Shown here: piece after piece, positions 1 to 10,622 of the stretch
Layout: each line of letters begins with the position of its first letter
How positions within the stretch are numbered: position 1 is the stretch's first letter
Source of the DNA: Lachnospiraceae bacterium
Lineage (GTDB): Bacteria; Bacillota; Clostridia; Lachnospirales; Lachnospiraceae
Reading direction: 5' to 3'
NCBI GenBank assembly: GCA_014804755.1
Contig: JAAUZE010000008.1
Span: 100,109 to 164,108 of the forward strand
Length of the DNA: 64,000 nucleotides
Translations under genes and position numbers: made by a program
The notes under the pieces: generated by a model
What the model saw: only the letters and a program-made list of their open reading frames with translations
What the model was told of the DNA's origin: nothing
Databases searched by the model: none

Positions 1-55
1 CTGGGAGGAATATACGGAGCATACGAGAGAATGCTATATTGATCAGGACGAATAC

Positions 56-229
56 ATGCCGGAGCGAAAAGCGACGACGATGGAGGAACTCATGGAGGGA
101 ATCTGCGAGGTGCTGAAAGAGGATACTCATAAAGAGCAGCGCCATGTCTCGCGCAGACGGATGTTTGCGAAGACGGACGGCAGGTCGTGTGAGCGGTTGA
201 TCCGAAAGATTAAGGATATTAGGAAGTAA
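56..229 (+). CDS. small hypothetical protein (57 aa), below the ORF-track cutoff
   Basis: ATG at 56 preceded by AGGA; open to TAA at 227-229; charged composition. Weak support only. Confidence 0.2.
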   Translation: MPERKATTMEELMEGICEVLKEDTHKEQRHVSRRRMFAKTDGRSCERLIRKIKDIRK

Positions 230-271
230 GGTATCGGAAATGCCCCTAAAAGCGGGCGGATAGGAGCGGTT

Positions 272-982
272 ATGAATGTTGCAATGCTGATCGCCGGCGG
301 AAGCGGGCAGAGAATGAAGCAGGATATACCGAAACAGTTTATCAACGTAAATGACAGGCCTGTCATCGTATATACGTTGGAAGCGTTTCAGAAACATCCG
401 AATGTGGATGCGATCGCAGTCGTATGTCTGCAGGGCTGGGAGGAGATCTTAAGGGCATACGCAAAGCAGTTTAATATCACGAAGCTGCAATGGATTTTTC
501 CGGGTGGAGAAAACGGTCAGGAATCCCTTCGGAACGGTGTGATGGGATTAAAGGAAGTCTGCGACGGTGAAGATCTGGTGATCATTCATGATGCGATCCG
601 TCCGATGGTATCGCAGGAGATCATTTCGGAGAATATCAGCTGCTGCATGCGTCACGGTTCCGCGATCACAGTGATTCCGTGCGCGGAGGCGATGCTTTTG
701 ACGGATGATAAAAACAGCTCCACGGAAATGATACCGAGAGACCGCCTTGCAAGAACGCAGACGCCGCAGGCGTTTCCGCTGAAGAAGCTGGTGTGGGCGC
801 ACGAGGAGGCTGCAAAGCGGGGAATTAAGGAATCCATTGCGACCTGTACGCTCATGATCGAGCTTGGAGAGCAGATTTATTTTTCGACCGGTTCGGAGAA
901 AAATTTGAAATTGACGACGGCGGAGGACATTGAGATATTCAAGGCGCTGCTGCACTCAAAAAAGGATGACTGGATGAAGTAG
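272..982 (+). CDS. sugar/alcohol-phosphate cytidylyltransferase, IspD/TarI family
   Basis: N-terminal 'MLIAGGSGQRM' NTP-binding loop and overall IspD/TarI-like pattern; first gene of a glycosyltransferase operon. Confidence 0.8.
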   Translation: MNVAMLIAGGSGQRMKQDIPKQFINVNDRPVIVYTLEAFQKHPNVDAIAVVCLQGWEEILRAYAKQFNITKLQWIFPGGENGQESLRNGVMGLKEVCDGEDLVIIHDAIRPMVSQEIISENISCCMRHGSAITVIPCAEAMLLTDDKNSSTEMIPRDRLARTQTPQAFPLKKLVWAHEEAAKRGIKESIATCTLMIELGEQIYFSTGSEKNLKLTTAEDIEIFKALLHSKKDDWMK

Positions 983-996
983 CTCACACTGCAGGA

Positions 997-2106
997 ATGG
1001 AGGACATGATGCTGGAAAGCGCCCTGTATCAGGAGGATCTGAAAAAAATAAATGAGGTCGTCTTTTCGGGAGAGGAACTCGAACAGAAAAATGTTTTGAT
1101 CACGGGAGGAACCGGCCTGATCGGTTCCTGTCTTGTCGATGTGTTACTCTTCAGAAATGAACATCTGGGAACGCATATCGGTATCTGGGTGCTGTGCCGC
1201 AATGAGGCGCGCGCGAAAGAGGTATTCGGAACCTATTTGGATAAAGAATACTTTCACCTGATCGTTCAGGACGTTTCCGTACCGCTGCCGCCGGATGCTC
1301 CGAAATCCATGGACTATATCATTCACGCCGCAAGCAAGGGAGATCCGAACAGCTTTGTCACAGATCCGCTCGGTGTGATGAATGCGAATGTATTAGGAAT
1401 GCATTGGCTTTTAGAATATGCGAAGCAGGTAAAAGTAAAAAAAATCCTATATCTGTCCAGCGGGGAGGCATACGGAAAGGTGGATCTGCCGGAGGATCTT
1501 CCAATCTCAGAGACAATGACGGGGCTGCTTGACAGTCTGAAAGTCAGAAACTGTTATGGCATTTCAAAACGGGCGGCGGAGACGATGTGCGTCAGTGCGG
1601 CATGTGAATATCAGGTTCCGGTATGCATCGCAAGATTGTGCCATATCTATGGACCGACCATGACGACGGGTGAAAACAGAGTGATTTTTCAGTTCCTCCG
1701 GAAAGCATTGGATCAGGAGGAAATTGTATTAAAAAGCGAAGGGCTTCAAAGGCGGTCTTACTGCTATGTGGCGGATGCGGCGGCGGCACTGTTTACGATC
1801 CTTTTCCGGGGCGCTCCGGGGGAAGCTTATAATGTGTCGAATGAAAAATCCGTCGTGACGATCCGCGGGCTTGCGGAAATCCTCGGCAGCTATGCGGGAA
1901 GCGGCGTAAAATATGAACAGCAGACAGAGTCAGAGCGCAGAGGAAATTCCGGCATTATGCACGCGGTGCTTGATAATCAGAAGCTCTTAGAGCTCGGCGT
2001 TCGTATGGAATATGATATGGAGGCCGGATTAAAGAGGACGTTGGAAATTATGAAGGAGCAAGAAGATGAAAAAAGAAATCGGGATTGTCATATGCAATTA
2101 CAATAA
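997..2106 (+). CDS. NAD-dependent epimerase/dehydratase (extended SDR)
   Basis: Rossmann motif 'ITGGTGLIGSCLV' and catalytic 'YGISK' (YxxxK). The start may be the ATG at 1009, which has better SD spacing. Confidence 0.8.
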   Translation: MEDMMLESALYQEDLKKINEVVFSGEELEQKNVLITGGTGLIGSCLVDVLLFRNEHLGTHIGIWVLCRNEARAKEVFGTYLDKEYFHLIVQDVSVPLPPDAPKSMDYIIHAASKGDPNSFVTDPLGVMNANVLGMHWLLEYAKQVKVKKILYLSSGEAYGKVDLPEDLPISETMTGLLDSLKVRNCYGISKRAAETMCVSAACEYQVPVCIARLCHIYGPTMTTGENRVIFQFLRKALDQEEIVLKSEGLQRRSYCYVADAAAALFTILFRGAPGEAYNVSNEKSVVTIRGLAEILGSYAGSGVKYEQQTESERRGNSGIMHAVLDNQKLLELGVRMEYDMEAGLKRTLEIMKEQEDEKRNRDCHMQLQ

Positions 2107-3391
2107 ACAGGACTATGTGCTCAAATGTCTGGAATCTTTATTTGCTTCTGATACGGACGATTTTGATGTCTACGTCGTGGACAACGCATCGCAGGATGAT
2201 TCCGTAAAACTGATCAGAGAACAATTCGGGGATCGCGTAACGCTTTTGGTCAATCAGGAAAATCTGGGCGGCTCCGGCGGGTTCAACACAGGACTCAGAA
2301 AAGTGCTGGAGAGCGATTACAAATATTTGATGTGCGTGGATAACGATATTGTATTTGCTCCCGATGCGGTCAGCGCGCTGCGCCGCTTTTTGGAGGAGCA
2401 CGAGGATACGGCGGTGGTAGGCAGCAAAGCGTACTTTATGGACGAGCCGGATAAGATCTGGAATTTCGGCGGGATCATCCGCTTTGATACCTTTATTCAG
2501 CAGGATCAGCATAAAAATTGTATCGATGCGGGACAACTTCCGGAGGTGGTATACGGCGATTATGTTCCCGCCTGCTCTCTGATGGCGCGGGTGGATGCGG
2601 TCAGGAAGGTCGGTATCATGCCGGAGGATAATTTTATTTATTGGGACGATATGGAATGGGGGTATCGATTCCGGCAGGCAGGCTATAAGGTCGCGTCCTA
2701 CGGAAAATCGAAGGTGTGGCACAAGGCCGGGGGCAGGAATGCGGGAAACACCTTTATTCATTACTATATGTGGCGGAATCGGATTCATTTTTTCAGACAG
2801 TTTCTTCCGCCGGAGGACAGGGAACGTTTTGCGGAAAGTCTGCTGACAGAAATGTTCCGAATGATCTATAGCGTCAACCTAAAAGGAGAGACGAATATCA
2901 TACGGACGCTCATGTATGCCTTTGACGACGCCGTACACGGAGTAAGGGGAAAAGCAAAAGAGGGAAGAATTCTGCCAAGGCCTGCCGTGGCGAACCGGTT
3001 AGAGCAGGCATTGTCGGGAAAAGAAAGCGTGCTGATCCGATTTAACGGAAGCTTTGAGGGGATCGGAAACATTATCAAAAATATACGGAAAACCCTGCCG
3101 GATATGCGGATCGCGATTTCCACGGCGGACTGTCCTGAGCAAGTGAAAGAGCTGACAACGCAGTATCCGGACTGTGAAGTCACGGAGCGCTATGAGCCGG
3201 AGAAATTTGCGGCCCATCTGGTCATGTGCGAGCATATTTTTAAGCTGTCACCGGACATGGAAAAGGACTGTTATATCGATCCGTGGTGCAACCTGATCTA
3301 CACGGCAAAAGATTTTATCTATGCCAGCAGCTTTGAGCAGACCAAGGATTTGTTTGTGCTGTGTAAGAAAGAGCTTTTGTGCGGCGATTGA
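2066..3391 (+). CDS. family 2 glycosyltransferase (GT-A) with ~200 aa C-terminal extension
   Basis: 'IGIVICNYNK...' then 'VVDNASQD' and 'CVDNDIV' (DXD) motifs. SD AAGGAG precedes the ATG. Overlaps the upstream gene by 41 nt. Confidence 0.8.
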   Translation: MKKEIGIVICNYNKQDYVLKCLESLFASDTDDFDVYVVDNASQDDSVKLIREQFGDRVTLLVNQENLGGSGGFNTGLRKVLESDYKYLMCVDNDIVFAPDAVSALRRFLEEHEDTAVVGSKAYFMDEPDKIWNFGGIIRFDTFIQQDQHKNCIDAGQLPEVVYGDYVPACSLMARVDAVRKVGIMPEDNFIYWDDMEWGYRFRQAGYKVASYGKSKVWHKAGGRNAGNTFIHYYMWRNRIHFFRQFLPPEDRERFAESLLTEMFRMIYSVNLKGETNIIRTLMYAFDDAVHGVRGKAKEGRILPRPAVANRLEQALSGKESVLIRFNGSFEGIGNIIKNIRKTLPDMRIAISTADCPEQVKELTTQYPDCEVTERYEPEKFAAHLVMCEHIFKLSPDMEKDCYIDPWCNLIYTAKDFIYASSFEQTKDLFVLCKKELLCGD

Positions 3392-3422
3392 AAGCGGACG
3401 TAAAGTATGGAGGAGGAAAGCG

Positions 3423-4847
3423 ATGGATCCGGTTGTAGTATTTGGCGCAGGAACCGGCGGGAAGATCGTGAAGTGGATGCTGAATGATTTTGGTATTCCG
3501 GTCAGGGCCTTTACGGATAACGGCAAGGATAAGTGGGGTACAATACTGGACGGGATTCCGGTGATTCCTCCGGATTCTTTATATGATGACGAAAGCAGGA
3601 TTGTGATCGCAAGCACCTGGGAGAGTGAGATCAGGAAGCAATTGACTGAAATGGGATTGAAAGACCGTGTGGTTGAGAAAGAGGTCTTTATGTATCAATA
3701 CCTGGAACAAAGCGCGGGGGTATATTCCGACCTTTCCGGGTATCCGATCGACAGCAGTAAAAAGCCAACGTTTTTATTCGGCACGGATCTCGGGTTATAC
3801 CAGGGCGGCGTGGAGAGCTGGACCTATACGGTAGCGGACGAGTTAAGAAAAAGGGGATACGGGATCAAGATTCTGACCAATCAGACCTCGCAGCCTGCAC
3901 CGGAACGGTTTCAAAACGACACCTATTATCTGAATATGCGGGGGCGGGAATATTGCAGTGGTTTACGTGATACAGTCCATGTGATCATGGAAAATGCGCC
4001 CTGCGTGGTCATTGATTCCTGGCAGAGCATGACGATGCTTGCGGCGGCAATCGTGAAAAGGCAGAATCAGGTTGCTGTTCGACAACTGATAGAGATAGTA
4101 CATAATAATCTGCCACGGCTCTTTGGAATCGTGAAGAAATTTGAAGCTGAGATCAATGCCTGTATGGGAGTGAGCAGGGATATTAATCGGAGTCTGGTCG
4201 AAGAATATCAAATGGCGCCGGAGAAGGTGCATTATAAAGAGAGCCCGGTAAAATATGATGCAGGCATAGGGCGGGATTATATGTCTGACGAGAGTCAGCC
4301 GCTTCGGATCGGGTACGCGGCGAGGTTGTCGAAAAGTCAGAAAAGGGCGGATTTACTGCCGGAATTGATGGACAGACTGATGGAACGCAAGGTTCATTTC
4401 CGCATGCAGATTGCCGGAAGCGGAGCTCTGCGCGATATGATTCAAAACCATATCACGGAAAAGGGGTACGCGCAGTTTGTGTCCCTTACAGGCTATATTC
4501 CAAGGGAAGAGATGAATCGTTTTTGGAGCAGTCAGGATATTTTTATTAATCTGTCCGAATACGAAGGCACTAGTCTGTCAATGTTGGAGGCGATGGGGAA
4601 CGGATGTGTTCCGATCGTTACGAAAGTCGCCGGATGCGAGGAGTTTGTCGCAGAGGACATGGGATATCTCTGTGAAATCGGTGATCTGGATGCCATGGCG
4701 GAAAAAATTGCATATCTTGACCGGCATAGAGAAAAGCTTGGGCAGATGGGACAGAAAGCGTGTGAATCCGCTAGAAGAAAATGCAGTGTGGAAGCATATG
4801 TGGATCATCTGCTGGGATTGACGGCTGAGGGCAGGGAAAAGGGATAA
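3423..4847 (+). CDS. family 4 (GT-B) glycosyltransferase with N-terminal Rossmann-like domain
   Basis: GT4 E-x7-E motif 'EYEGTSLSMLEAMGNGCVPIV'. SD GGAGGAGG lies before the ATG at 3423; the upstream ORF extension overlaps the GT2 and is rejected. Confidence 0.75.
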   Translation: MDPVVVFGAGTGGKIVKWMLNDFGIPVRAFTDNGKDKWGTILDGIPVIPPDSLYDDESRIVIASTWESEIRKQLTEMGLKDRVVEKEVFMYQYLEQSAGVYSDLSGYPIDSSKKPTFLFGTDLGLYQGGVESWTYTVADELRKRGYGIKILTNQTSQPAPERFQNDTYYLNMRGREYCSGLRDTVHVIMENAPCVVIDSWQSMTMLAAAIVKRQNQVAVRQLIEIVHNNLPRLFGIVKKFEAEINACMGVSRDINRSLVEEYQMAPEKVHYKESPVKYDAGIGRDYMSDESQPLRIGYAARLSKSQKRADLLPELMDRLMERKVHFRMQIAGSGALRDMIQNHITEKGYAQFVSLTGYIPREEMNRFWSSQDIFINLSEYEGTSLSMLEAMGNGCVPIVTKVAGCEEFVAEDMGYLCEIGDLDAMAEKIAYLDRHREKLGQMGQKACESARRKCSVEAYVDHLLGLTAEGREKG

Positions 4848-4971
4848 GTTTATACTGCCGTAGGCGGTACGAGTGAAGAATATTGAATAGCCGGGAAATA
4901 TTATGAGGCGTTGCAGGAAGGCATGAGAGAGCATTGATTGTACTGTTAAACGTGTATATAGGAGGCTGCGC

Positions 4972-6294
4972 ATGGGCAAAAAAATTGGTATCGTCATTTG
5001 CAATTATAATAAAAAACAATTTGTATTATCGTGCATCCAATCAGTACTGGATTCAAGCAGAAAGGATTTTGACGTCTATGTGGTGGATAATGCCTCGACG
5101 GACGGCAGTGCGGACGCGGTGAAAGCGGCATATGGAGACAGGGTCATTCTGATTCAGAACGAGCAAAACCTCGGCGGCAGCGGGGGATTCAACACGGGAC
5201 TCCGCGCGGCAAGGCAGACGGGATACCCCTATTACATGTGCGTGGATAATGATATTGTGATGGATGAGCATAATATTGAAAACCTGCTTTGTTTTTTAGA
5301 AGAGCATCATGAGGTGGGAATCGTCGGTTCCAAGATCTGCCGCATGCAGCACCCGGAACGGCTCCAGGAGCTTGGAGCGCGGCTGGATTTTGAAAAATGC
5401 ACACATGTTCCTTATTATAAAGACCATTTAGACAATGAGGATATCCCGGAGGTGCAGGATTGCGATTATGTTCCGGCCTGTTCGCTGATGGTTCGGGATG
5501 AGGTGATCGATAAGATCGGGCTGCTCCCGGAAGAAAACTTCATTTATTGGGACGATATGGAATGGTGCTATAAGGCAAAGCTTGCGGGGTATCGGGTTGC
5601 GGCGTACCGACAGGCGAAGGTGCTGCATGATATGGGAACCAATTCCGGGGATACGTATTTTTCTACTTATTATTTCTGGCGAAACAGAATTCGTTTTTTT
5701 GCGAGGTATACACCGCAGGATCAAAGAGAAGCAGCGATAGGAACCTTGCTGGAAAATGTTTTTCAGACCATGTACGGCTGTTATTACAAGGGGAAGACAA
5801 ATCAGATTTCCATTATGATGCATGCGCTTGACGATGCGATTCATCATCTCACAGGGAAGGCGGCCGAGGGAAAAATCCTGCCGAAGGATGCGATCGAAGA
5901 CCGGGTGGCAGGATTGTTTGAGACCTATCATAATGTGGTCGTTGAATTTAACGGGGATTACAAGCTGCTTCAGGATATTGTGAAAAAGATACAAAAAGCG
6001 GAGACGGAAGTTTCTCTGCGGATTGTCAGTGACGATGCGGAGGAAGTGCAAAGACAATATCCGGAATATCCCGTTATAAAGAGGGATCAGGTGTCAATCG
6101 AAACGGTTGAGGACTTAAGCGTGTTGTGGCTTGCGATGTGTGAGCATGTATCCAAAGTGGAGGATCACAGCCTGAAAAAGGTTTATATTGACCCGTACAG
6201 TAACCTTTTGGAGAATGAGCGGGATTTGCAGCATTTTGCGGGGTATCAATATAATAAGGATTTGTTTGTGCGCATGTGGAAGGTGCTGCTGTAA
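4972..6294 (+). CDS. family 2 glycosyltransferase, paralog of 2066-3391
   Basis: 'IGIVICNYNKK', 'VVDNASTD' and 'CVDNDIV' motifs. Same two-domain architecture as 2066-3391. SD AGGAGG. Confidence 0.8.
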   Translation: MGKKIGIVICNYNKKQFVLSCIQSVLDSSRKDFDVYVVDNASTDGSADAVKAAYGDRVILIQNEQNLGGSGGFNTGLRAARQTGYPYYMCVDNDIVMDEHNIENLLCFLEEHHEVGIVGSKICRMQHPERLQELGARLDFEKCTHVPYYKDHLDNEDIPEVQDCDYVPACSLMVRDEVIDKIGLLPEENFIYWDDMEWCYKAKLAGYRVAAYRQAKVLHDMGTNSGDTYFSTYYFWRNRIRFFARYTPQDQREAAIGTLLENVFQTMYGCYYKGKTNQISIMMHALDDAIHHLTGKAAEGKILPKDAIEDRVAGLFETYHNVVVEFNGDYKLLQDIVKKIQKAETEVSLRIVSDDAEEVQRQYPEYPVIKRDQVSIETVEDLSVLWLAMCEHVSKVEDHSLKKVYIDPYSNLLENERDLQHFAGYQYNKDLFVRMWKVLL

Positions 6295-6490
6295 GCAGCA
6301 CAGAGATGTCGAATGAAAATGTGTATATTATCGCCGGATGTGCCGTTCTTGGGAATAAAATAGTACAAACGGGATAAAGTGTAGTGCAAAATAAAATAAA
6401 GTATGATATGATACAAGTTAGGTTAAATATATCGGACGCGTCCGGAGAGGGCGCAAAAATATCACGTTTATCATTAGGAGGAAAGAAAAC

Positions 6491-6967
6491 ATGAAAAAAG
6501 GCGGCGTAGCAGTATTTTCCACATTGGTCGGAGCGATTGCAGGGTTTGCGGGAAGCTCCTATCTGGGCAACAAGCAGGTTGCACAGAAGGCAGAGAAGGT
6601 TGACAAGTTCAAGGGTTATTACAACATGCTTAATCAGTGGCTTGTATTAAAGCAGGAGGGTAAATCCTTAGAGAAGTACTTCACGGACAACGGTTATAAG
6701 ACGATTGCCATCTACGGTATGGGAGAGATGGGAAACCGTCTGTATGACGAGCTGAAGGGGACTTCCGTAACCGTAAAATACGCGGTTGACAAAAATGCGG
6801 CAAGCACTTACTCCGAGTTGGATGTCATTGATCCCGAGGACGATTATGAAGAGGTTGACGCGATCGTTGTCAGCGCGATCTTCGCTTTTGATGAGATTGA
6901 GGAGATGCTGAGCGACAAAGTTGAATTCCCGATCGTATCCTTAGAGGATGTCGTGTACGAGGTATAA
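6491..6967 (+). CDS. membrane-anchored hypothetical protein
   Basis: N-terminal TM helix; the 'IAIYGMGEMGNRLYDEL' segment echoes the N-terminal domain of the GT4 at 3423. SD AGGAGG. Confidence 0.5.
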   Translation: MKKGGVAVFSTLVGAIAGFAGSSYLGNKQVAQKAEKVDKFKGYYNMLNQWLVLKQEGKSLEKYFTDNGYKTIAIYGMGEMGNRLYDELKGTSVTVKYAVDKNAASTYSELDVIDPEDDYEEVDAIVVSAIFAFDEIEEMLSDKVEFPIVSLEDVVYEV

Positions 6968-7038
6968 GCGCGGGAAGCGTTTGCCGGGAAGATCACAGAA
7001 GCTGTGATAGAACGGTTTTGTTTATGATGATAGTGGCA

Positions 7039-7071
7039 GGCGCCCAAGTCATAAGACTTGGGCGCTTTTCT
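7039..7071 (+). terminator. rho-independent terminator
   Basis: Stem GGCGCCCAAGTC/GACTTGGGCGC, loop ATAA, followed by TTTTC. Confidence 0.6.
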
Positions 7072-7449
7072 TAGCTTATAGGAAACTCTTTTTTACACGA
7101 TTCAACCGTCAGGTGAATTTTTATATCAAAACATCTGGTCATTGTAACAACGAATAGGATATCTGCTCTTGCTTTTTTGCCGATCAGGATTCATAATATT
7201 TGATAAGCAGCGATTGTGAATCGCAGAACATAATATGTGCGTAACTTTGCTTGTGGATAAGAGATAAGGAGGGATGCACGATGCTGTGTCATATGCGCAT
7301 TGACTTAGGATTCAATCTCTGTACAAGGTCTGATCGTTGGGCAATCCTTGTGCAGAGGGAAAACTAAGAGAATATTCATTGCCCGCATCGGATTTTGTAC
7401 TTATAGGGAACCGCAAATATGAAAAAATAACTATAAGGAGAGAAATTCG

Positions 7450-8724
7450 ATGAATCATAATTATAAAAAATATATTGTTTTTTGGTTAAGTCAGGCGGTA
7501 TCGCAGCTTGGAAGTCAGCTCACGGGGTTTGCATTGATTCTGTGGGCGTATTCACAGAACCATTCTGCGATGACGGTTTCTTTGATGTCCTTTTTTAACT
7601 ATGTACCTTACATTTTAGTGAGTCTGGCGGCGGGAGCGTTTGTTGACAGCCATAGCAAAAAGGGGATCATGCTGGTATCGGATACGATCGCGGCGATCTG
7701 TTCCGTGGTCGTACTCTTTTTAAGCATGTCGGGAGGGCTGCGGGTCTATCATATCTATATGGTCAATTTTGTGATCGGGCTGACGAGCGCGTTCCAAGGA
7801 CCCGCGTCCGCGGTGGCGGTCGGAAAAATGGTGCCGGAGGAGAAACTTGCACAGGTGAGCGGGATGAACTCTTTTTCGGGTAATCTGATCATGGTGTTGG
7901 CGCCGGTGCTTTCCGCGTCGTTATTTGCATTTGGCGGATTAACGATGGTATTAGTGGTTGATCTGTCAAGCTTTGTTTTTGCATTTGCGGTGCTGCTGTT
8001 ACTGATATATATTCCCGAAAATGAGCGGTTACAAGACGATAAAAAATCAATATTTGAAGGATGTGCGGAAGGGTTTCGTTATCTGGCGCGGCAGAAGGCG
8101 ATTTTCACGATCATCATTACGATGGCGCTGCTCAATTTTTTCTCAAGGCTTACCTATGAGAATATTTTGTCGCCCATGATCCTGGCAAGGAGCGGAAATG
8201 ATTCTTTGACGCTCGGGATCGTAAATGCGGTGATGGGGATCGGCGGCATTGCAGGCGGAATTTTGGTTGCCGCGGGGAAGTTTTCGAAGAATAGCGTAAA
8301 GATGATTTATTTTTCCGCGATGTTGTCTTTTTTGCTGGGCGATCTTCTGATGGGTATGGGACGCGGCGTTGTCCTGTGGTCGTTTGCGGGACTGATGGCA
8401 AGTCTGCCGATTCCGTTTATCAATGCGGGTCAGAATGTCATTTTTTATCGTACGGTGCCGACGGAAATGCAGGGCCGGGTATTTGCGGTGAGAAACGCCA
8501 TTCAGTTCTGCACGGTTCCGGTTGGCATCTTATTAGGAGGATTTTTGGCCGACTATGTCTTCGAACCGTTTATGGCGGCGGAATACGGTGTGGTTTCTGC
8601 GCTTCAATTGCTCGTCGGGAAAGGCGCAGGAAGCGGTATGGCGGTGATGTTTTTGTGCACGGGGCTGTTGGGAAGCTTTTTCAGTTATGTGTGCTACAGA
8701 ATCTATGAGAGTCATGCGGAATAA
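7450..8724 (+). CDS. MFS transporter
   Basis: 424 aa with about 12 predicted TM helices and MFS-like loop motifs. Confidence 0.85.
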   Translation: MNHNYKKYIVFWLSQAVSQLGSQLTGFALILWAYSQNHSAMTVSLMSFFNYVPYILVSLAAGAFVDSHSKKGIMLVSDTIAAICSVVVLFLSMSGGLRVYHIYMVNFVIGLTSAFQGPASAVAVGKMVPEEKLAQVSGMNSFSGNLIMVLAPVLSASLFAFGGLTMVLVVDLSSFVFAFAVLLLLIYIPENERLQDDKKSIFEGCAEGFRYLARQKAIFTIIITMALLNFFSRLTYENILSPMILARSGNDSLTLGIVNAVMGIGGIAGGILVAAGKFSKNSVKMIYFSAMLSFLLGDLLMGMGRGVVLWSFAGLMASLPIPFINAGQNVIFYRTVPTEMQGRVFAVRNAIQFCTVPVGILLGGFLADYVFEPFMAAEYGVVSALQLLVGKGAGSGMAVMFLCTGLLGSFFSYVCYRIYESHAE

Positions 8725-8792
8725 AAAGAAGAATTTAACGTAAGAGAATGTATAGCAGCGGAGCGGCAGATAAGGACTGAAAGGGGAAACGA

Positions 8793-9635
8793 TTGGACAG
8801 ACTGTTACTCATTGACGGAAGCAACCTGTTGTTTCAAATGTTTTTTGGCATGCCGGCAAGAATCGTAAACGGGCAGGGAAAAGCGATTCAGGGGACGCTC
8901 GGCTTTGTGGGCGCCATGTTAAAAATCATCCGCATGGTGGAACCCACGCATATGGCGGTCCTATTTGACGGAGAGCATGAAAATCCCCGATGTGAGCTGG
9001 ATTCCGCTTACAAAGCGAACCGGCCGGATTATAGCACGGTATGTGAGGAAGAAAACCCGTTTTCCCAGCTGCCGGATGTATATAAAGCGTTGGATTTCCT
9101 TGGAATCAGGTACATAGAAACGATGGATTGTGAGGCGGACGATCTGATCGCCGGTTATGCGCTGTCATTCGGTCGGAATGAGGAGGTCGTGATCGCATCG
9201 TTTGACAGTGATTTTTTTCAGCTTATCACGGACAAGGTATCCGTGCTTCGTTATCGCGGTGAAAAAACAATGATCTGCACGCCGGAATATGTCAAGGAGA
9301 AATTTGATATTGCGCCGGAGCAATATGCGGATTGGAAATCGCTTGTGGGCGATACGGCGGACAACATTAAAGGTGCGGAAAAGGTTGGCGCAAAGACGGC
9401 GGCTTCGCTGCTTCATGAGTTTGGCACGCTGGAACAGGTTCTTTTTTATGCGGAAAAGATCGCAAAACCGTCCGTGAGACAATCCATCCTCCGGAATGCA
9501 GACAGGCTTCGGGTCAACTATCAAATGATCAAGCTTGCGGGCGGGGCGGCGCTGCCGTTCAGCGGGCAGGAATTGAAGTACCGCTATGACGGAAGGACGA
9601 CCAATGAGGTGTTGACGGGGATCGGATTGCGGTGA
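8793..9635 (+). CDS. 5'-3' exonuclease (Pol I N-terminal/FEN-like)
   Basis: 'LLLIDGSNLLFQ...' PIN/5'-nuclease motifs and a helix-hairpin-helix (H3TH) region. Apparent TTG start. Confidence 0.8.
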   Translation: MDRLLLIDGSNLLFQMFFGMPARIVNGQGKAIQGTLGFVGAMLKIIRMVEPTHMAVLFDGEHENPRCELDSAYKANRPDYSTVCEEENPFSQLPDVYKALDFLGIRYIETMDCEADDLIAGYALSFGRNEEVVIASFDSDFFQLITDKVSVLRYRGEKTMICTPEYVKEKFDIAPEQYADWKSLVGDTADNIKGAEKVGAKTAASLLHEFGTLEQVLFYAEKIAKPSVRQSILRNADRLRVNYQMIKLAGGAALPFSGQELKYRYDGRTTNEVLTGIGLR

Positions 9636-9654
9636 TGAGGAAAGCGGGCTTTGC

Positions 9655-10482
9655 ATGAGGAGCGGAGAGATTGTGGAAAGAGACAAGACTGTGAACAGAA
9701 ATCAGACGATGGAGAACAGTGAGATTATTGAAAGCAATAAGGCGTACTGGAATGAACATGCCGATCTGTGGTTTGGGACAACTGCGCTCCCTGTGTATGG
9801 GGTTCGGTTTCCGACAGGGGATGAGCTGCATCTGTTTGGGGACGTTACGGGTAAGAGGATGTTGGAAATATGCTGCGGCAGCGGGCATTCTTTGAAGTAT
9901 CATGCCGAGAGGGGCGCGGGCGAGTTATGGGGTGTTGATCTGTCGCAGAAGCAGCTTGATAACGCCGCGAGGCTGTTAAAGGAGAGCGGATATTCGGCAA
10001 AGCTGATCTGCTCCAAAATGGAAGCGGAACTCGATGTGCCGAAGGATTATTTTGATTATGTTTATTCCATCTACGGGATCGGATGGACAACGGATCTGCA
10101 GGGGACGTTTGATCATATCGCCTCTTATCTGAAAAAGGATGGGATTTTCATTTTCAGCTGGCATCATACCTTGAATTATTGCGTGGGATGGTCGTGCGAC
10201 GAGAGGAAGGACGTATTTGAAGATGATAAGCTGGTGATGACAAAAAGCTATTACGACGAGTCCTGGTTTAAAATGCCGGTGCATGACAGTGAGGTCATTC
10301 TTTGCAACAGAAAAATGTCAACCTATATCAATGCGCTGGCGAAAGCGGGCTTTGCGATTGAACAGCTGGTGGAGGAAACGGATGACGGGTCCCTGCACGC
10401 CGCAGAGGACGCGGATGCAAAAACGAAAAAAGCACAAATGCTGCCGATCTCATTTTGTATGAAGGCGAGGAAAATGCATTGA
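9655..10482 (+). CDS. class I SAM-dependent methyltransferase
   Basis: Motif I 'MLEICCGSGHSL'. Start uncertain; ATG at 9709 is an alternative. Confidence 0.65.
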   Translation: MRSGEIVERDKTVNRNQTMENSEIIESNKAYWNEHADLWFGTTALPVYGVRFPTGDELHLFGDVTGKRMLEICCGSGHSLKYHAERGAGELWGVDLSQKQLDNAARLLKESGYSAKLICSKMEAELDVPKDYFDYVYSIYGIGWTTDLQGTFDHIASYLKKDGIFIFSWHHTLNYCVGWSCDERKDVFEDDKLVMTKSYYDESWFKMPVHDSEVILCNRKMSTYINALAKAGFAIEQLVEETDDGSLHAAEDADAKTKKAQMLPISFCMKARKMH

Positions 10483-10622
10483 ATTCGTTAAGTGACTGTG
10501 GTAGGATTTAGGGCGATCATAATGATATAAAAGAGTTTCAGATAAGGCGCGGGTTTAGGCGGATTTGTTGTGCAGAAATATTTAAGATTAAGATGATTCG
10601 TTTCTAAGGGGGTGAAGCAGTT

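Noticed and set aside
2138-2788. 216-aa minus-strand ORF, with similar antisense ORFs at 548-955, 5428-6057, 29981-30637, 46090-46708 and 8150-8715
   Set aside because: All lie antisense within genes that have clear family motifs. They lack SDs and are typical shadow ORFs.
3321-3422. Upstream extension of the GT4 ORF
   Set aside because: It overlaps the 3' end of the GT2 in another frame. GGAGGAGG lies directly before the ATG at 3423.
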